DNA of 55,230 nucleotides, the filler included, from Porpidia crustulata (taxonomy: Eukaryota), in assembly GCA_964255105.1 (NCBI GenBank). It is 3 parts of 3 records of this genome, joined end to end, with 100 filler letters (N's around TTAATTAATTAA, not from the genome) between each part and the next. Parts side by side here need not be neighbours in the genome. Positions count along the whole stretch, not along the records: positions 18,479 to 36,834 come from CAXUWE010000183.1; positions 36,935 to 55,230 come from CAXUWE010000184.1; 1 more part is not named here. The stretch is one strand, 5' to 3'. Positions 35,146 through 47,719 of this stretch are shown here, piece after piece. The translations under genes and the position numbers were made by a program. The notes beneath the pieces were generated by a model. It worked only from the letters and a program-made list of their open reading frames with translations. It did not search any database and was not told where the DNA came from. Every line of letters begins with the position of its first letter. Within the stretch, counting starts at the first letter, position 1.

Positions 35146-35626
35146 TGAGCGGTTAGCCGAATGTACCTCGGTATGAATAAGATACGTATTGGTAATCGTC
35201 GGCACGTAATTCTTGGCGCGCTAAGCCCTCTCTGAAACTTGAGAGGCTTGGTCGCATCCGTCGTAACACTTGAAACAGAACCTAGTGCAGATAAAACGTT
35301 GGAATTTAACATCAAAGAAATGTGTAATTTTAAGAATACTCACTAAATCAAACGTTGGAATTTAACATTAAAGGAATATGTGATTTTAAGAATTAAAAGT
35401 ATACTCACTAAATCAATTTAGATTAAGACGAATCTTTCGAACTTTGCGGACTAAACAAACTACTTGGACCACAGACTACTCGGATCAGCGGGACCAATCC
35501 TGAAAGGTGGACGGTCTGATTACCTAGTGTTCTAGGATTTCAGAGGTTAGCCTGAATTGGGTTAGCGCCAATCCTCAGCCTTGACACCATGCTCAGGCGT
35601 ACCCTTCGGCGCGCTAAGCCCTATCA
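35146..35626 (-). mobile_element. Probable LTR-retrotransposon solo-LTR fragments
   Basis: Minus-strand TGTTACGA...CA (35268-35146) and TGATAGGGCTTAGCGCG (from 35626) share ggcgcgctaagccct; no gag/pol seen. Confidence 0.4.
35294..35415. repeat. AT-rich ~56-bp tandem duplication
   Basis: aaacgttggaatttaacat...atactcactaaatca at 35294 and 35350. Confidence 0.8.
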
Positions 35627-35934
35627 GGGGTTTGGTAAATTTGGTCGTAACAAACTGCCGGATATGTCGAGTGCCGCGTAGGCCAAATGCCGGTGAATGA
35701 CCTGAACACCGGATACGCACGGCTTCGACCACGCCATTTTCAAATCAAGGTATGGATGCGAATAGCCTGTATACGTGTCGATCGTATCTTTGGTAGATAA
35801 GGTGGTCGAATATCCTGGTGGCTGCATCATAGCCCGAATCCCTAAATCACGTGCTAGGGCGGGTCTACATAACGTAAGGTACCTCCTGCCGACTACTAAT
35901 CGGTCGGGCCGTAATACACGGTCGTGAGCGTCTG

Positions 35935-36084
35935 CTACAGAAGCTTCTGAAGCATTGTGCAGGGGATTATGATCTGGTGAATGGCTATACCATAGAGGGA
36001 AGGACGGCGTTGCATATTGCTGTTTAGATAGGTTTCGAACCAGCCGTAGAATTACTGTTAGAACACGGGGCGAAGATTGATTGA
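35935..36084 (+). pseudogene. Ankyrin-repeat gene remnant
   Basis: EGRTALHIAV*IGFEPAVELLLEHGAKID*; TAG at 36025. Confidence 0.7.
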
Positions 36085-36834
36085 TTATCGATTGTGCCAG
36101 AAACTGCGATCTACAAGCTATTAACAGGCCAATTAGACCTCAGGAGTAATGGACACTTAGCTGTAGATTTAACCATTATCTCAAATAAGTGAGTAGATTG
36201 GCCAAATCCTACTATACTTTGAAGGCTTCTTCTTCTTCTTCAAAAGGGAGGTTCTGCAACTATTCACAATCCTAAATTGTAATCCTCAACTTTTCTGCTA
36301 TGATCTATTCGTGTCGCCCAATCTAAAGGTGCTTTATTTCCCGCATTCGGTTAGACCGGTTTATTGCAAGGGATTGCTTCCCACTTTTCACCGTTCCCAC
36401 ACACGTCCCAGTCGAACAACAGTGCTTTCCGGTTGATTGGTTATCCATGTGGCTTTTTGGGTGCATGTGAGTGTTGTAAAATACTAAGTTGCCGCGCGCA
36501 GGTAAGCGCGTCTTCAATTCTCCTATTGGCCCACTCGTATCAACCCCTCAAAAGGACACACCCCCAAAGGACAAGCTAAGCCCTAGGCTTAGGATTATGG
36601 AGATATATCTTCCTTTGGGCCTACTACACAGACTTATCACCACAGTCTACTCTTCGTCTTGAACAGTATCTACATTAGCCCCAGATTTCCGGAAATTGAA
36701 GGACATTGAAGCCTATGACCCATGAAAGAAGGATATAACCTACGTCTTGAAAAGTGAAAATTAAAGAACTATGATGAGTTAGGAGTATTCCCGGGCCCGT
36801 GCACACCCCAAACCCGATTTGTAACCCATACTAT

Positions 36835-36934
36835 NNNNNNNNNNNNNNNNNNNNNNNNNNNNNNNNNNNNNNNNNNNNTTAATTAATTAANNNNNNNNNN
36901 NNNNNNNNNNNNNNNNNNNNNNNNNNNNNNNNNN
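36835..36934. other. Artificial contig linker
   Basis: N-TTAATTAATTAA-N, same design as 18379-18478. Confidence 0.95.
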
Positions 36935-37455
36935 GGGTGGGAAAGGGGCTATGAGAGGATGGTGGTACAGGGGGGTTTAGTGTATCAAAGGAAATCACAT
37001 ACAAGGATAAATGCAGAACAAGAACCGGAGATTTTCTTGGAGGAGTGAGGATCGATTTTGGTGAATATCAGGAGCATGTATACATGAGAGGCGTGGATGA
37101 AGATGCGATTGGGTATGGATATACCAGCAGGAGAGAAAAGGTTGAATATGTGGCGCATGGGGTCAAGAGCGGGTCTGTGGTGGGTATGGAAAGCTCGCGA
37201 CATGCGAGTTGGTGGAGAGCGCGGGTGTTAATCTTGGAGATGGATGAGAGGAGTATCGGCAAGCGTATTTCAATTTTAAGGATATGTAGCAGGACAGGCT
37301 GTGAAGATGTGTTGCTAGAGCTAAAGACAAGATGCGAGGCGAGAACTTCAGTTCTGTAGATGGTAAACCCAGCTGGAGGAATATTCGAGACGTAGATGAG
37401 AGTCTGTACGAGCGATATGACAGGTAAATAGCGGTGCGGCTTCCCTCTCCCCTAC

Positions 37456-39437
37456 TCACACCTTCTCGGGATCGCTGATACCGCCGCTGGTGATGATGTA
37501 GGTTGCTTCGCGTTCAGGACAATCTAGGTCCATATTAACTGCCGTCGTCGCCCTCTCCATCAAGTCCCGGAATCATGTCGGTAGAGCTTACCGGGCGAAT
37601 CCTGGATCTTGGCCACCCGTTCATCGCCGCGTCCTTTGCGTAGCAGCACCCGGGTCGTCGAAGCGTGTGCCAGGATATGTCCGCCGACGGGCTTGCGGCC
37701 GTCGGCGCCGGCGAAGAGGGCGCTGGCGCCAGGGTCGGATTGGACCTGGTTTGTCTGGTTGGGTCGGGGGTTAGATGTCTGGAGTGGGAGCGGAGAGTGT
37801 TGGGATTGATGGTGGTGATGGATACCATGAGAACGCAGACGTTGAACTCTGGGCGTGGCGGTGTCAGTGATGCTTTTCATTTCCCCGGCGAGGAAGAGAT
37901 TGTGCTTGCCCTCGGCCATGTGTGTTAACTTCGATAAAAACTGATTAAGTTTTTGTTGCCTATCGGCTAGCTCTCCTCGGCCGCAATAGTCGACACGGAA
38001 ACAGGCCATGATGCTGTCGATGATGAGGAGACGATACTCATTGCTGGCAAAGTTTGCGGCAAGGGTATTGAGAAGTTCGAGTTGGTGCTGCGGGTAGGGT
38101 TAGTGTTTCGGCCTCTTCACTGTCTATACGAGAGAGTGTTGCTATACCTCGCTGTTCAGAGCCCGGCCGTAAGCAATATTCTCCTGTGCTTGATCCGGGT
38201 CCACTGGCCTACTCAGTATCGTTCTACATATTGTTTCACCAAGAGTCCTTACTCCCGAATCTTTCGGCGATTTGGGCAATCCTATACTCTTTAGTATCAG
38301 TACGTTTCCACCAGGCAAGTCCCCTACCTTTCAGGCCTAAAGGTACCCTCCGTATCTATAAAGAGAGATATGCATAAGCGTAGGCTGTCGACCGGAGCGA
38401 CTGCGAGCAACCTACCAATGTATGCGACTTTACCTTCAGCACCTCCCATATCCTGCCGTCCTTAGCTGGTGTTCTAATGATAGAACGTGGTCTATGCACT
38501 TTGGGAAGCTGAGACAGTGTCAACATAAACAAGGATCGGACTACCTGAAATAGCCCACCTGCGCTATAACGGACATGGTGTGTGACAGCTGTGTCTTTCC
38601 GCATCCTGTAAAACGTGAGGCACTCGGACTTTCCTGCGGTGGTCCATTGACCCACTGAACTCGCCATAGACCTAGAGAATCTTAGTCCGAGGAGCCGCCT
38701 TCCAGTCATACCTAAATGTGTTTACCTCGCTGATACTCATACTCTGAAACCCCCTGAGATGTGTCAATTGCGCCAAAGCGATCCTCGTCGTCACAATTCT
38801 TCGTACCCGCCAAGTATTGCATCCAACTGCTTGCTCCCTGTCGAAATCTTGACTACTCTCTTCCGCTGGTGGCCGAGCTCGATTGCAGTGATGAAACCAG
38901 AAGTTTTAGGCTAAAGGATGCAGTATGGTATGTCAGTCCATGTCAGCACAACTAGATACACTCCGTTTGCCGTTACACAAAGGACTGGCACAGTAGAACA
39001 GGGAAAGTAGCATACTTGGCACTTCTGGATGGCTTCCTTGATCTTCTCAACCTTCACTTCGCTGAAACCTTTGACCTTAAGAAGTGTCTTGCGAGTTGCA
39101 GCATGGACGGACTGTACCCAGTCAAGGAGTCAGTATAGTGTATGCCGTCGGCCTTGCAAATGGGAGAGGTTGCTTACAGCAACGGTATAGTAACCATTCG
39201 ATTTGAGCTTGGTGATGTCTGCGGCACCGACACCTGCGTCTCTTCAGCAATCCGTGATGAATGTCTTCGTTTCTCTATCCATTGGAACCAGGGCCCTACC
39301 ATGAGCCTGGATACCGTCAATGTCGACGATGAAATCCTGAAATAGTGCTTCTGAATTAATGAATGATAGAAGAGACCTCGACTCCAAAGGTTGCAAACCT
39401 CGTCATCAAAGTCGTCACCAGCAATTGAAGCAGTCAT
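37456..39437 (-). CDS. DMC1: Meiotic recombinase Dmc1; 17 exons, intact
   Basis: Spliced by hand: [120 protein letters not shown]. Confidence 0.96.
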
Positions 39438-40138
39438 TGTTACGAATTGATCCCTGGCTGGTATCTAGAAACAGAGAACGCAGTGTAAAATGGCTTCGTG
39501 GATTGCCTAAGTTGCTCAATGAATGAGATGTATAGCTTCCATACACCGCGTTCAACACGATGTCGAAATGAGCATGAAAGTAATTTTACACACGTCTTCA
39601 ATCATAGCCGAGAATCGCATTTTAACCACATCCTCTTTTACCCTAAAGCGTACATATCAACGACAACTATAAGAATTCTTACTACCGCGGTGGCTAGATA
39701 TGGTAGCATCTAGAGCCAGAGAACAAGGTTAAGTAAATACCAACTTCATCATCGGACACCTATCGTCTGCACCAACGTGCCTCTACCCTATCTGGCCTCT
39801 CCATTCAACGAATGGCCTGTCTACACATCTTCTTTCCACATCCCTTCGCTTCTATTTCTCCCTCGCAGCACACGAGAAAAAGTAAGATGATCGAGTACAA
39901 GAATGACGCCGTTCGTAAGGTCTTGGGTATGTCGGATGCAAAACATTGTCGAAAAGGGATATCGCGAGACTTTTGAGGTGTCGTAAACATTAGTTGCCGG
40001 TGAGAAGATGTCAAATATGCTGCACTTTGGTGCTTTGACAATAGAAGCTGCTGAGAAGGAACGAGTGAATGCTTGTGATACACGCGAGAAAGAAATGTCC
40101 AGAAAGTTCTAGCTTCACTAATCGACACACTAGAAAAA

Positions 40139-41156
40139 TTAGATAACGGCGGTCGGGGGTCCTGCCGATTGAACTTGGTTCAAATTATCGACAGGAGCGT
40201 CAAGGCCCATCGGGCCGTTCGTATCGACTGCATTACATTCACGAGAGATATGCCCAGCTTGACCACATTTGTAGCAGACTTTCCCAACGGAATTGAGCGG
40301 CCCACCATTGGGAGCGGTGCAGTCACGAGAGATATGGCCCTGTACTGTTTAGTAACGAAACCCACAGTTTTGGAGCTGAATGTCAACGAACAAGTTTTCC
40401 ACATGCATAGCACTTCATGGCTTGCGCCTGACAGTCACGAGCGTAATGATTGGGGCCGCCGCATTTGTAACACGTCGCTGGGCGGGGGCCAGCAGCACTT
40501 CCAGCGAACCCTCCTCGGAAGCCTCCACCGTAGGAGCCGCGAGGAACAATAGCCCCACGGCCAGCACCAAAGCCAGGGGCACCTTGAAATCCGGCGCCTG
40601 GGCAGGAACGCTTCAGATGATATTAGCAGGGTCTTGACAGGTAGGACGAGATATTTTTACAGCCAGATGACCCGGTTGGCCACAAGAGTAGCAACGACCC
40701 CCAGTTCCAGCTCCACTTATACGTAGCGTTGGGCAGTCTGCTTGGACGTGGCCAAGGCCTTGGCAATGGTAACACTGCTTGGCTATAGCACATGATTAGT
40801 GCTGCACAGCGCAAAGGCCTTCAATTGTCGGTCAGCACATACTGTCGGTAGTTCTTGGAAGCGGGCAGCCGTTGGATTCATGGCCTACGAGCTGTTGATT
40901 AGTCTTTGGTGTGTTTCATTGTAATATGATAATCCTTTACCGGGTTGTTTGCCTATAGTTTGAGATCAGACACAGTCATCTAGCATTACACAGATGCAAT
41001 GACTTACAGTTATAGCAAAGTCGTTCCGAGGACGTACAAACCTCTGTGCTAGATCAGTATAGCTGCCACTGAAGACTATCTACAGACTGCGCACTGACCA
41101 GCGTAATGCCCAACGTTTCCGCATTTGTAGCAAGCCCGGCGCGATAGTGATGACAT
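40139..41156 (-). CDS. GIS2: CNBP/Gis2-like protein with seven CCHC zinc knuckles and an RGG-rich linker; 7 exons
   Basis: MSSLSRRACYKCGNVGHYAEVC..CYNCKQPGHESNGC..CYHCQGLGHVQADC..CYSCGQPGHLARSC..CYKCGGPNHYARDC..CYACGKLGHISRDC..CYKCGQAGHISREC. Confidence 0.9.
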
Positions 41157-41980
41157 CCTTTGGGGGTTTCCCGTCAACTCCTACAGGACGTGTGTCAGAA
41201 GACCAACTACTAGGCACGCAGAAGCCAGCTTTCCAGGTTACGGAGTTCTTGGGAGGGTGGTTGGCAGAAGGGTATTCGGGGTACGGCACCACCGCCCCAG
41301 AAGTTGTGACATGCGAGTGCCTGAGGACCAACGAGGCATTCTGAAAATCGGGGAGCCTCGTACCTTTGGTCAGCAATCTTCAAAATGCAGATATCCTTCC
41401 TGAGACACCAGAACATCAGCATTATGCTCCTTCAATTGCGCGCAGTCAAAACGATCAGCGAGCATACCAACAAGAGGCAGCATACCTAGCAAATTTCCTT
41501 CCCTCAACAGCACAGCCTTTCCTTCCCTCCGAAACAAAAACCGCTATACACTTCCGACGCGACTAATGCAACGCTCTCTGATCGTAATTGACAAGCACGG
41601 AGAAGGAAAAGGTTTGAGGTGGCATGGTTTTCATGAGGCAGGGATCTATTGCCGCTTTACTGGAATAGGTTGACCTCGGTTAATCCATCACTTCACCAAT
41701 CACTGCCACACTGCAGAGTCACGTGCTAAGAGGAATCATCTGAGGTACCACCCTACCTGCTCTATATGCCTCGCTATGACATTAGTGCTATAAGATATGT
41801 GAGAGCCCGAGGGTATGAGCGAGCGCCTCGTAGGCAATGTTGGTCGGCAAATGCTTTTTGATTCTTACTCATCCATACCAGTGCCATGTGTTCTATATCA
41901 ATCATGTGCAAGGTCATTGACATAGCCCCATGAACTCTGTTTACCAGCTATCGCTATCACAGAGTGACACGTACTATGAT

Positions 41981-43634
41981 CTATCGCTGCTGGTTCTCGA
42001 TCTCAATAACGGCAGGTGCTTTAATAGTCTTCCCCTTAAGAAATTCTAAACCTTCACCACCCTGTGATAAGGTCAGAGACATGATCAGACGCGAAAGACC
42101 GGCATTGCTTACATAGCTAATCAAGGGTGATACTTCGACCCCTGTCTCATCGGGTGCACTTTCACTTACCACGATCCCACCAGAACTTTCGATCCATCTC
42201 TTACCTTGGCTTAAGATGTCTTGCCTACTCGTGTCTGGGTCATCCTCGCCGGTTCCTTTGGCGTTCTTCAACGGCGAGAACTCATCTTCCCGTCTCACTT
42301 CCATTGAAGCGAATTTATGGAGTTTGAGCATCGGGAAAACATCAAACACGAATAATTCAAGCTTAATTCCGTTAGGCTTCTCAGACTTGATGCTCTCTCC
42401 TTTTTCAGCATCGATATATGGAATTTTCTTCCGAGCTATGTGATGTGGAAGTTTGCGCGCCCAGTCTTCTATGGTTTCCAGGAAAGAGAACGAGTAGTAA
42501 TGATTCACGATATTGGCAGCCCGAAACTTCAAGACATTGGGCTGCTTAGAATCCTTGGCTTCGGCTGTGGCTTCGTCTATCTCGGAATACTCCACTACGT
42601 CTGGCTTCCCGTTTTTGAGTAAGATGAGACCAACAGACTCTTTCGCGCTGCGTTTCCGGACAACCTTTGTGGCTATGTCGACATTTTTTGATGCAGCAAA
42701 ACCTAGGAATACAGGGTCCGCGACCTTCACCAGACAGTTATCGACACAATATGCGTGTATATGTTGGATTCCCCTTTTACGCATATCTGTTCGCACGTTG
42801 GACGTTAAGAGTGCTTGGTATATCCCACCATTTCCGTCTGGAGCGACGGCTACCTGCAAACGAGTGTCAACCTATGCGGACTTACTGCGATGTGAACAGG
42901 GTGACCTTAAACTTGCTCTCCAGTAGTATCTTGCCCTCATTAGAAATACATGGTAATACACCTTGCTCAAATATAAGCACGTCATCACTACAGAGCCCGA
43001 AGTAGTTGTTATCTTTGAAAAAAGTCTCCGTAGGTTTTCTTGTTGGCCCGCTTGTCATGACATACCAGGGAATCACAATATTTTTCTTCCCCGACTTTTT
43101 CTCCGCTAATTTCTGAATCTTCCAGATCCTCTCCGCTTGAATCTGAAACAGCGATTTCTGACTGGGAAGACCAATGTTGAAGCAACCTTTAGGCGCAGAG
43201 CTGCCAAGTCTTGTGCCTTGCCCTCCAGCCATTAGCACAACAGCTACTTGCCCCTTGACTACCAGATTTAAGCCGGAAGAGTACCACGATTCGATATTCT
43301 TTGAGTCTGAGTCAAGGATTGACGCCGTCGCGGATTCAGGCAGAGGCTCGAGCTTGTTCTCTTCCTCCTCCTTAGACTTCTTCGCGGGATGCAAAGCCCT
43401 GTGAGCGATTTCGTTGGTGTAATTGGGGTCAATAGAGACCAATTGCTCGTAAAGAGTGGCCTTTTCCGCAACATGAAGTTCATCGTAGAAGGCGAATACG
43501 TGCTTTTGATCTGCTTTCGTATACTTATCTTTCAACGCCTTCAGCTCTTGATCTGTGGGCTCATGGGGTGGGACACCATCATCTTTCGAAGCAAGATTCA
43601 GCTTCTCTAGTATCTTGTTCACAGTTGCTGCCAT
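41981..43634 (-). CDS. UAP1: UDP-N-acetylglucosamine pyrophosphorylase; 3 exons
   Basis: [83 protein letters not shown]. Confidence 0.96.
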
Positions 43635-44203
43635 TCTTACAAACAACTAAAGTGCTATGCGTGTTCACAGGCTTGCGACCTCTCATTGATTAGCACGATC
43701 AGGTATCGTTCACCTAGAACGTTACTCGTCCTTAGATCTGGAATGTGGGGGTACCTTTCTACGTGCAGGCATACAAACCCAATCCGCGGTTTCAACGGTC
43801 TCGGCTTGCCCTAGACTCCTAGAGTAGTACGCCTACGATAAGGAATCAGGGGCCGAGCCACGCGAGAAAATATCATATTCAGCAACTATGAATATAGACC
43901 AGTCGGCGGTACCAATTGTTGAATCACTCAGTACAACAAAATATCCGAATATAGGGTCTTTGATCATTGAGTCTACCTATCTAATTTACCTAAAGAGGTA
44001 TGCTAGCGAGATGATCCGCGAGGGTTCCGTTCCCACTGGGAATATCGCAGATACCCCTGGCTACTTGGTGGGCCTATTAGTTACGAGCAAGGGATTTTCT
44101 TCATAAGATCTATAGTAATTTGAAGCAAGCTGTTTGGCGCGCGAACGGACAAGACTCCATTCCTATCTTTTGAATAACGAAAGGATTGTTTCAAAAAGAC
44201 GGA

Positions 44204-45158
44204 TCACCTCCTTCTGTGGCGCTCGTCGTACTTCTGTCTATGGCGGCCCTGGCTGCTGCTTCTCCGACGATCGTAGCTTGAAGATGGTGAACGACATTGA
44301 TGACGTCTCTCATGGGGGCTTCGACTTCTTGAACGAAAGCGGGAAAGGTTTTCTCGATCTGACTTTCTGTCATGGCCATGCCGTATATCGTCTCTATCAA
44401 AGACCATGTTGTATCCGTTCGATCTTCTCCCTCTAGCATCCCCCTTGGTATCTGCTGCCCTATATTGACGTTTTTTCTCAAGAGTTGACACACCACCGAA
44501 TCCTCCGCCTTGTGCTGCACGTTTCGAATTTGTGGCACTTCGCCAGGTATCAGAGAGTCGAGATACCTATGGGTGCGCTGATGATAAGTATTTGATATGG
44601 TTCGGGAATTCGAGCATAGCATACGCTTTGTGAGAAATCGACGTGAATGCGATGATCATCTATCAAGACGCCTTGCATTTTGAAGTATGCTTGTTCACAA
44701 TCATTTTGACTTTCAAACTCAATGAAGGCGTATTGTAAACTGTCGCCGGTGCGCTTGTCTCTAATGACTTCGCAAGATAAAATCTTCCCAAATCGAGAGA
44801 AGATGAGATCTAGATCCTCGTCTGCGTAATTGGTCAGTGATGTCGCCTATTTTAGATGGTAGAGTGCACTCGCCTAACCTTCTGTCACAGGATTCAGCTT
44901 GCAGACAAAGAGAACATTCTCTGGGGGTTTGACCTCGGCGAAAGGTAGGTCGCCCACAATCTCTAACGTCAATGCCTGAGCCCTTGCCTCTCTCTCCCTG
45001 CGGACCTTTTCCCGTGTCTCCTCTTCAGCAGTATCGTCCAACTCTCCAGCAGCGTCTTCCTGGCCTACGCTGTCATTCCCGATTCTATCCCTCTGAACGG
45101 CTGGCTCTCCGCCCTCAACATGTTCAGTGGATGTTTCATCCTCGGCCGCTATTTCCAT
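44204..45158 (-). CDS. RRM + RS-tail half of the PPIL4/Cyp6/Rct1 cyclophilin-RRM protein; no cyclophilin domain detected; 3 exons
   Basis: [96 protein letters not shown], then RSRSRSP tail. Confidence 0.88.
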
Positions 45159-47719
45159 AATCGAACAAGGACGCAGCTGTGGTGACGGACCAGGAGCACA
45201 AATTACAAACTAGCAGGTATCAGTGTAACAGTATTATTCGATAAGGCGCAGACGCATGACAATCATTGTTCACATGTGTAGGTACCTGAGTAAATGAACA
45301 TTGATTTACTTATGTAAGTCATTGGGAAGTTCCCGCCTGTACCTATTCGGTACCTCAACTTTTGGTGAGGGACCTTGCACAAGACGGAGTTATCCGACGC
45401 TAAGATCCGCTAGCGTTAGGGCGATATAAAAGCATTGCGACAATCAAGTGCACGGACTGTTGGGCCGCTATCTGTTCAACTTCAACTGACCGGACTGCTA
45501 CACAAGCACTGGGTTGAAAGGCTCCTTCCGGCGCTACAGATGGGATCACTCATCAGCCATCAAAATTGTTGGTTCGGAACAGACTGAAGAGCACGGCATA
45601 TCCACGCCGCTGGTACTCTGAAAGCCATGAGCCAAACCACCTCCACGTGAGGGTTGCGCAAGAACCAATTACAATCGCACAGTCTCATATTTCAATCTCT
45701 GGGACCTTGCCGCGAGTAAATCGACTTTAGGTATTTGACATACCGCTGACGGGCGACAGTCGTTTTACGGGTACGGGACGCACGATGATTCTCCGTAACA
45801 GCTGCAGCCATCCGATAGGGTATCCCGCACGTCAACTCTCAAGAAAACCATTACATGGGATGCCATACATCTTCGGGGCTCAGATGACCCACAGCAGGGA
45901 TCAGAAATTGGAGAAGCGATTGGCAAAATCTTAGCATACTCGAGTATCCTCCAATCGGCATCCCCGGGAATGTCTTCACTATAATGACTTGTCCATTGAC
46001 GTCCGGACGAGCTACTATCTCCATACACTGCCATGGACCTGACCTAAAAACTTGACGTGGCCACTGCCTTGTTGCGTACTGATGCGAGATCGTGGCCGTG
46101 CTACGATTGAACTACTGTTTCATGTACAAATCTCAACATTGAGCCTTCAGTAGAGCGATCTTTTGGTGGATTAGCTAAATCTATTTTATCACTTGAGCTC
46201 ACTGAAGATTTTGCACGGCTGTACGCAGACGTGATAATTCTCAAAGTAAGTGATAGCTCAACGACCTAGCTATATTGCACCATCTGGATTTTATGACTCA
46301 AATGGGAAGTACCATCGGCGCGAAGACGATGTGCATATGCCCTGTGTTGTGTGCTCCTCTCCATATGGTACGTTTTGATAAGAGCCTGGATGAAAGGCTA
46401 CTTCGGCCTCTTCCGCAGCAGATATGCTATATTGCTTCATGTGGTTTACCCCATACCGGTGCTCGGACTGCGGCAATCGGAGTATCTTGATCTGCTTACG
46501 TAGGTGGGTACTGTGAGATCCACGATATACTCTCCGATTTTCAGAGCTTCCGTCTGATTTAATTGGACGAGGTAACGCTTACTGTACAGCGTATCAGATA
46601 TCAGCCTTGGATGGTTTGAGAAGGTTCTGCAGCTATGTGCAACCCGTCGAAACAAGAGTATTATTACTCTTGTGCAACATAAAAGAGCATATTTCCGCTT
46701 TCACTTGAAGTTCTCATCGAGCACCACAGGACTTCGAGTTGTAGGTTGTATCATAATATCTGCGTGTTCTCAAGGGCGCCATTTCCTGGACTACAGATAT
46801 CTCACCACCAGGGGAAAAAAAGGTGGAAATGCGATGTTTGACAATGTTTGTCACTTAGCAATCGCCAATAGGGCACCCAAACATTTCTCACACTCATCCT
46901 TTCTGAATTCATAAAGGGATTTGCAAATACCGATCAAACAATCATAATCGGCAAGCTACCCGCACATCTGCCTAATGCTATGTCTGAGCATACGTGCAAG
47001 GCTTTGTTTGTTCAAGCTCGGATCGAATCAGAACCTACGATTGTCTCACCGACGCTCTTTTCGTCTTTCGCACCATTTTCCCAGCTATCGCCTTCAATGT
47101 TCCGTGTCTGTCCTCTACAATGAAGATACAGTTTCTAAGCTCTCGCGACAGCGGTATTATGCTGTATCACGTTTCACTTCGATCCATGCCTTTGCTGCAG
47201 GTGGCAATTTGCGGGCGAGTTGCTAATGAACGTTATTCAGTTCTAAAGCCCCGCTGATTTAGGCGCTGCATCTTTCCGTTTGCATTGCTCCAGATGCAGG
47301 CTCTGGCACCGTCGTCTGAAAGAATACGTAGGACCTACTGCTTGTATAATAACGATTGAATGACGGATAGAACTGCGTTCAAGATAGTGATAGGTCGTAT
47401 CTACGTTGTCCAGACGTGGCAATAGGCAAGCATCTCTTCACAAATGAAATTTAGCAATCTTGGGGTATGAATGCTCTTTTATACTTATAGGATCACGTCG
47501 ACTCTGGTCCTTATTTGACTACTATTCGATGCTGGGCGGCAGTCTCAGGGCTTTCTTAAACAATCTATTGCTGCTCAGACACATCACCTGGACTGGTCAG
47601 CACTGGTGAGCCTTGCCAGCTTAGTGGATTCTACGGGACTTTTTAATCCTTGCGGTCAACACGCCTTGTTCAAACTTTGTGTTATAGACTTCCAGCACAC
47701 TGCTAGAACGCCTCGAACG

